NCBI GenBank assembly: GCA_012295275.1
Contig: CM022674.1
Location: 372,001-436,000, forward strand
From: Chrysomallon squamiferum
Taxonomy: Eukaryota; Animalia; Mollusca
DNA: 64,000 nt
Direction of reading: 5' to 3'
Below the pieces are notes generated by a model. That model did not search any database. It saw only the letters and a program-made list of their open reading frames with translations, and was not told the DNA's origin. Each line of letters opens with the position of its first letter. Within the stretch, counting starts at the first letter, position 1. The position numbers and the translations under genes are program-made. Positions 57,662 to 64,000 of this stretch are shown piece by piece.

Positions 57662-58269
57662 CCTCACTGTCACTCTCTCTGTTTCTCTCTCTATCTTTCT
57701 CTCTGTCTAATCATTTTGTCTATATCTCTGTTTTATTCGAAAAAAGCAAGGACGATCTCAGCTCACAACAACAGACAGACAAACACGAACTTCGCATTTC
57801 TTGACGCGGTGGGCGGAGTTTTCCCACGCTGGTTCGAAGACTGTCGCGTGCGCCTCGATTTCATTCGTCTCGTGACATATCTCGTGACATGCCATGACAT
57901 GCCGAAAGGCGCGGAAGAAAATATGTCGCTTGGGTTGACAGTGACAGAGAAACGGACGGTCGTACACGACAGAAAAGCCGCAGGCTGAAGCGAAAGACCA
58001 GATCGTTAATTACTAAAAGTATCTACGTGAGGAAAAAAAAAAAAAATAACAAAAAAAAAAACGAGAGAAGTACAAACATTCAATTAGGTTACATTTCGAA
58101 TTAAATAAGTCAGACAGGGGCTGTGGAATAAACATTATATTTTTTGTGTCGTTTGTGGCGAGATTGTTTGAAATACGTCTAAATGTAATTAAAGGGTAAA
58201 TTATTCAAGGTATAAATAGGCGTATATGTTTCTATGAATGTATGCATGTGTATAATTGTATAATATTTA

Positions 58270-58499
58270 TGCATGCATGCATGTATGTATGTGTATATGT
58301 ATGTCTGTATGTTTGTATGTACGTATGTATGTGTGTGTATGTATGTATGTATGTATGTTTGTATGTACGTATGTGTGTGTATGTATGTATGTATGTATGT
58401 GTGTGTGTGTATCTATGTGTGTATGTATGTATGTATGTATGTATGTTTGTATGTACGTATGTGTGTGTATGTATGTATGTATGTATGTATGTGTGTGTG

Positions 58500-58531
<32 letters not shown>

Positions 58532-58660
58532 TGTGTGTGTATGTGTGTATGTATGTATATATGTATGAATGTATGTATGTATGTATGTGTGTGTATGTAT
58601 GTGTGTGTGTGTGTATGTGTGTATGTGTGTATGTATGTATATATGTATGAATGTATGTAA
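58270..58660. repeat. Compound (GTAT)n/(GT)n microsatellite
   Basis: Direct inspection. Confidence 0.95.
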
Positions 58661-58799
58661 TCTGGGATCAGTGTCAGCCCATGTAATGTTTTGTCTCTTG
58701 ATATTAATTTACTTATTTAGCATCACGTTGAATTATTTTAAATCAGGTTTCTTTGTTCTCTATTACGTTATATAAAAATCAAGTTAATTTCGCGTAAAA

Positions 58800-59880
58800 A
58801 CTGAATTACATTAGCTGTTCAGTATTAAATTACTTTATGTTAAATCATGTACGCGCTGTCAAGTTAAATTACGTTCTGTTTTCTTAGCATCCTTTATATT
58901 AAACTGCTTTTTGTCACGTGTTACCTCACGCTCAATTAAGTCATGCTACCTCACACTACGTTACATTAAATTACATTCTGCTGCCTCACTTTATTTTACA
59001 TTAACTAGGATCTCCTGCCTAATTCTATTTACCTAGCATCCTGCTATTTTACATTAAATTAGATTCTGCTGTCTCACTTTATTTTACATTAACTAGGATC
59101 TCCTGCCTAATTCTACTTACCTAGTATCCTGCTACTTTACATTAAATTAGATTCTGCTGTCTCACTTTATTTTACATTAACTAGGATCTCCTGCCTAATT
59201 CTACTTACCTAGCATCCTGCTACTTTACATTAAATTAGATTCTGCTACCGCAAGATACGTTACACTAATTTGTGTTCTGTCGCCTCAGTTTACGTTAACT
59301 ATCACTGAGCTGCCTGCCTCACGCAACTTTAAATTAAATTACGTTTGGTATCTCACGCTGTATTACACTGAATTACGTGTTCCTATCTCACGATATATTA
59401 CATTAAATTACGTTCTGCTACTTTACATTAAATGACGTTCTGCTGGCTCATTCTGCTTTACATTAAATGATGTTCTGCTGTCTCTCATACCATATTACAT
59501 TAAATTACGTTCTGCTATCTCTCATAACATGTCACATTAAATTACGTTCTGCTGTCTCTCATAACATGTCACATTAAATTACGTTCTGCTGTCTCTCATA
59601 CCATGTTACGTTAAATTACGTTCTGCTGTCTCTCATACCATGTTACATTAAATTACGTTCTGCTGCCTGACGTTATTTTACATTAAACTACGTTCTGCTG
59701 CCTGACGTTATTTTACATTAAATTACGTTCTGCTGCCTGACGTTATTTTACATTAAACTACGTTCTGCTGCCTGACGTTATTTTACATTAAACTACGTTC
59801 TGCTGCCTGACGTTATTTTACATTAAACTACGTTCTGCTGCCTCACGTTACTTTACATTAAATTACGTTCTGCTGCCTCT
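58800..59880. repeat. Minisatellite array, 35/37-bp monomers with an 88-bp higher-order block
   Basis: Core TTACATTAAATTACGTTCTGCTG repeated. 88-bp period at 58998/59086/59174, 37-bp units ~59460-59645, 35-bp units ~59645-59880. Confidence 0.9.
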
Positions 59881-60700
59881 CGCCAGTGTACGTAGTGTAT
59901 AATTAAGCCATAATTCGGACGTGTCACTTCATACGAAACGTTTATAATACGTGGTGCTCTGTGTTATGTTTTCTTTCAGTTTTACGATATTACGTAAAGT
60001 TTACGTTTCTCCGTTCTGGTTGAAAGTCAAAGTGTTCCCCACAGTCGCTTTTAGTGTAACGTACACTAAACCAAACACAGACACACAGACAGGTAAACAG
60101 CTTGACGTGATCCGTACAGAGTTACGTTAGTATCGGCCACATCGCACGATACTGCACGACTATAAAGTGGATAACGTGAAGAAGCTTGAAATAAACGCGA
60201 TATCTATGACCGTAAATATATATCAAACTGTTTTATATTGGAAATAAAAGGGATCAATAAAACGAAAGCATTGTTTTCATACAAATCGAGAAAGACATAA
60301 GAAAAGAACATTGTCCATTGTCCGCTATCACAATTCAAATATTTTCCTTTTGCTGACAAAAGGGGATAATAGTCTAAACATTTATGGTTATTAAACTTAA
60401 TACAAACGAAACATAAAATGATTTTCTATCCGCCAAAGCAGTTAAAGGATAGCAGATAAGATGGTTGATAATAAAAATGAGCTAAATGAAAAGAAAGTCT
60501 GACATAAGTGTGTGTTTTTTTTGTGTGTGTCATTGTTGCTGTTTAATAATTCATGATCTTTTTCTATTTTTCTCCCAGATGAAATTTACATTAAAAATAA
60601 ATAAATGAAATAAAAGACTTAAAAGAGATCTGTCCCATTTCGAAATGAGACATCTTGATTATAAATCCGGTCATCCCTAACATCAACAGAGTGATGTATC

Positions 60701-60702
<2 letters not shown>

Positions 60703-60771
<69 letters not shown>

Positions 60772-60777
60772 GACACA

Positions 60778-60836
<59 letters not shown>

Positions 60837-60916
60837 ACACATACACATACACACACACACACACATACACACACACACATATACACACAGATATACACAC
60901 ACACACACACACATAC

Positions 60917-60972
<56 letters not shown>

Positions 60973-61087
60973 ACACAGATACACACACACACACACAGAC
61001 ACACACATATACACACACACAGACACACACACACACAGACACACACATATACACACACACACACACACATACACACACACACACACA
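60703..61087. repeat. Interrupted (CA)n microsatellite
   Basis: Direct inspection. Confidence 0.95.
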
Positions 61088-61177
61088 AACATTATATTCT
61101 CTCTTCTTGCTTTGTTCTTTCTCTCTTTCACTCTCACTTTCTTCCTCCCTCCTTTTCACTTCCCTTTTTCCTTCTCT

Positions 61178-61215
<38 letters not shown>

Positions 61216-61723
61216 CTCCCTCCCTCTCTCTTTCTGTCTCTCTTTTCACTCTTCCTTTCTTTTTTTTCTTTAATTCAATCTTCTTGACTTATCATTCTTA
61301 TTTTCTCAATCTGTGCACGTTCCTCACCAGCCTTCGTGCCTCTAGACACAAATAAATAATTAAAAATACCCATATATGATGGTAGTCGACTTATAAACAT
61401 AATTATGATGTGCACAACAGATAAAAAAAATATCTGACTGGTTGAGGCATAGTTACACATATTATCTCTGGCGTCAATCGCTAATTCATTATCATAATCT
61501 TCTTCTTTCCTGGTGACGTTAAGGACATGACTGTCAGCAGATAATGCGTCCCGAACAAAGTTAAATATACAACACACGTAATTAGAAAGATGAAATACGT
61601 AAACCCCTAATTAAAAGGCGACTTCGCCCAAACCGGTTTTATAACTTTAGAAAGGGAAGGTGAAAAGGTACGAATGTTAATAAATATCGGGATGAAATGA
61701 TTTCATTATACAGAAAAGAAAGT

Positions 61724-61724
<1 letters not shown>

Positions 61725-61796
<72 letters not shown>

Positions 61797-62025
61797 TGAT
61801 GATGATGATAATAATAGTAATGATAATAATAATAATAATAATCATAATGATGATGATGATGATAATAATAAGGATAATAATAATGATGGTAATAATAATA
61901 ATAATAATCATAATAATAATTACTACAACAATAACAAAGATAAAAAAGATAAAGCTGATGATGATAACGATGCTTAATGTAATAACTAATAATAATAACA
62001 ACGACGACAACAACAACAACAATAA

Positions 62026-62056
<31 letters not shown>

Positions 62057-62138
62057 AAAATAATAATAATAATAATCAGCATCATCATCATAATGATCAT
62101 CATAATAATAATACTAATACTACTACTACTACTACTAC

Positions 62139-62183
<45 letters not shown>

Positions 62184-62197
62184 CAACAACAACAAAC
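61725..62197. repeat. Compound (AAT/GAT/AAC)n microsatellite
   Basis: Direct inspection. Dozens of shorter (AAT), (TA), (AG), (CA), (TCTA), (TTTA) tracts occur throughout the window. Confidence 0.95.
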
Positions 62198-62633
62198 TAC
62201 TGCACATTAAAAGAAATACGTTGGTTACTTGAGTTCGCAGACCTTCCCAGATTCGCTGCTCTGGTATATTTAGCTCACAATAACCACCTGTAATATTTAC
62301 GTCGTGACGTGTAATCACGTGACTTAAGTACAGGGAGGAAACTAATCTGCTTGTGATCAGGACGGATTGATGGCACTATCGGCTTTCCGTATCAATGCTT
62401 GCGTCATTAACGGAATGCTAATACTTCGGGGTAGACGCAGTTACGACTGCAGGACAAACATACCTGGGTGTGTTGTGAAAGGAAACTCGATGCAGCGCAG
62501 ATAATGGATAAAAGTATCGTTTTACACAGGAAAAATCTTGTCTAGTCCAAGAATGTCTTTTATAATGTGTTTTAATCTATTCGTGTTGTTAGTAAATTAT
62601 GTTCAGTCTATCTCTCTCTCTCTCATGTTCAGT

Positions 62634-62711
<78 letters not shown>

Positions 62712-62840
62712 GTATATATCTCGGTATATCTATTTATCTATCTATCTATCTATTTATACATGTATGTAGATAGACAGATAGACAGATAGTATACGTTTGT
62801 GTGGAACTGGAGATCAGTTAATGCAGGTATTACTACATTG

Positions 62841-62914
<74 letters not shown>

Positions 62915-64000
62915 GACGACGACGACGAAGAAGAAGAAGTAAGCAGGTAGTGTTATGTTTAAAGGTGACAGAAAAACACCGAGTCATGATTCAGGATTTC
63001 ACATGACTAATTGCAGTGAAGAGAATGGAAATTAACACCACGTATCGCATGTCTCTGAAATATGCACTACACCCGACCTTGCTTCCTTCGAGGAAAAATT
63101 TAGAAGGCTGCGTAATCCAAACGATCAAAGGTTAAACGAACATGACGTCATAAACACGATGACGTAGTATTATGTTTATAGCATTCCCTGTCGTCAACTT
63201 GAAGTTAATCAGATAGCAGAAAAAAGGTATTTATTTATTTATTTATTTATTTATATTATCCAATAAATAATTGATGTATGTCGTGCGTGTATTATATATT
63301 TGTGTATGTATGGATGTTTAGAGGTATATTTGTAGGATGTATGTATTTACATATATTTATGTATGTATATACATATATATATGTGTGCATGTTGTATGTA
63401 TGTCCTTACGTATGTTGTTTATACGTAAATACTGAACTGTGTAAAAGTAGGTGTGTTTGTTTTGTAATAAAGTAGTCATAAATATATATATAAATGTATA
63501 ACGCATGATCAATTTCGTATCAACAGTTCTTTCGTTTCTCTATTTTTTTTTTTTTTTTTTTTAAAACCATATTAACGGAACTAAATCGTAGTACTACAAC
63601 TAATAAAAAGTATAATAAAAAAGAAAGAAGAAGAAAGTAAAATGAAATAACTTACAAGATATTACAAAAGCAAACCTGTCGGCGGCCTTAAACCTAAACA
63701 CACAGAATTGACTGACTTGGTTAATAACCAGTTTTACCGCCACTGCCCTACATGATATCATCGCAAGCTTGGGATCTAAATGACCGTAATTCCAACTTAA
63801 TAAAGCACTTAATATGCCATTTAGAGGTTAAATGTATGTACTAGCCACATCGGTCTGTTTTGACCGCAAAAATACCCCATGGGGTAAAATATGAATTTTA
63901 AAGTGGTTTCTTTCATTTAAATATTTTCGGCGGCTAATGATTTTATCTGCGTAAGGTAATTTTGTGTCTGGGCGGTTCCCGGGGTGTTCTGTGTGGGATG

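Noticed and set aside
57758-57988. ORFs over the CpG island
   Set aside because: No ATG context, splice support or recognisable domain. Better explained as regulatory DNA.
58800-59880. CRISPR-like look (constant ~21-bp core plus variable part)
   Set aside because: The variable parts are short, related and repeated, the context is eukaryotic, and there are no cas genes. It is a minisatellite.

Overview
AT-rich, microsatellite-dense eukaryotic DNA, invertebrate and probably lophotrochozoan/mollusc-like (inference from repeat style only). The first ~37.6 kb carries the 3' portion of a + strand multi-exon MEGF6 orthologue. I traced 26 core GT-AG exons from 6990 to a stop at 34669-34671 (~1,360 codons): six EGF/EGF-Ca modules, a linker, then a long run of laminin-type EGF repeats, no transmembrane segment. 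The 5' end (signal peptide/EMI) lies upstream of the window. Its introns hide several short non-EGF candidate cassette exons (78, 42, 84, 108, 15, 35 nt). One encodes a very basic peptide and one would shift frame and remove a C-terminal RGD. The protein has two related GPxRGD[L/I]P motifs. Three coding lesions (+1, -1, a truncated exon) are most likely assembly errors. The second half has no recognisable long CDS. It holds a - strand single-exon 63-aa ORF with a compact CRE-TATA-Inr promoter, scattered CRE/STAT/kB/p53-like sites, a MITE-like element and a 35-37-bp minisatellite. All calls are by eye, without database searches.
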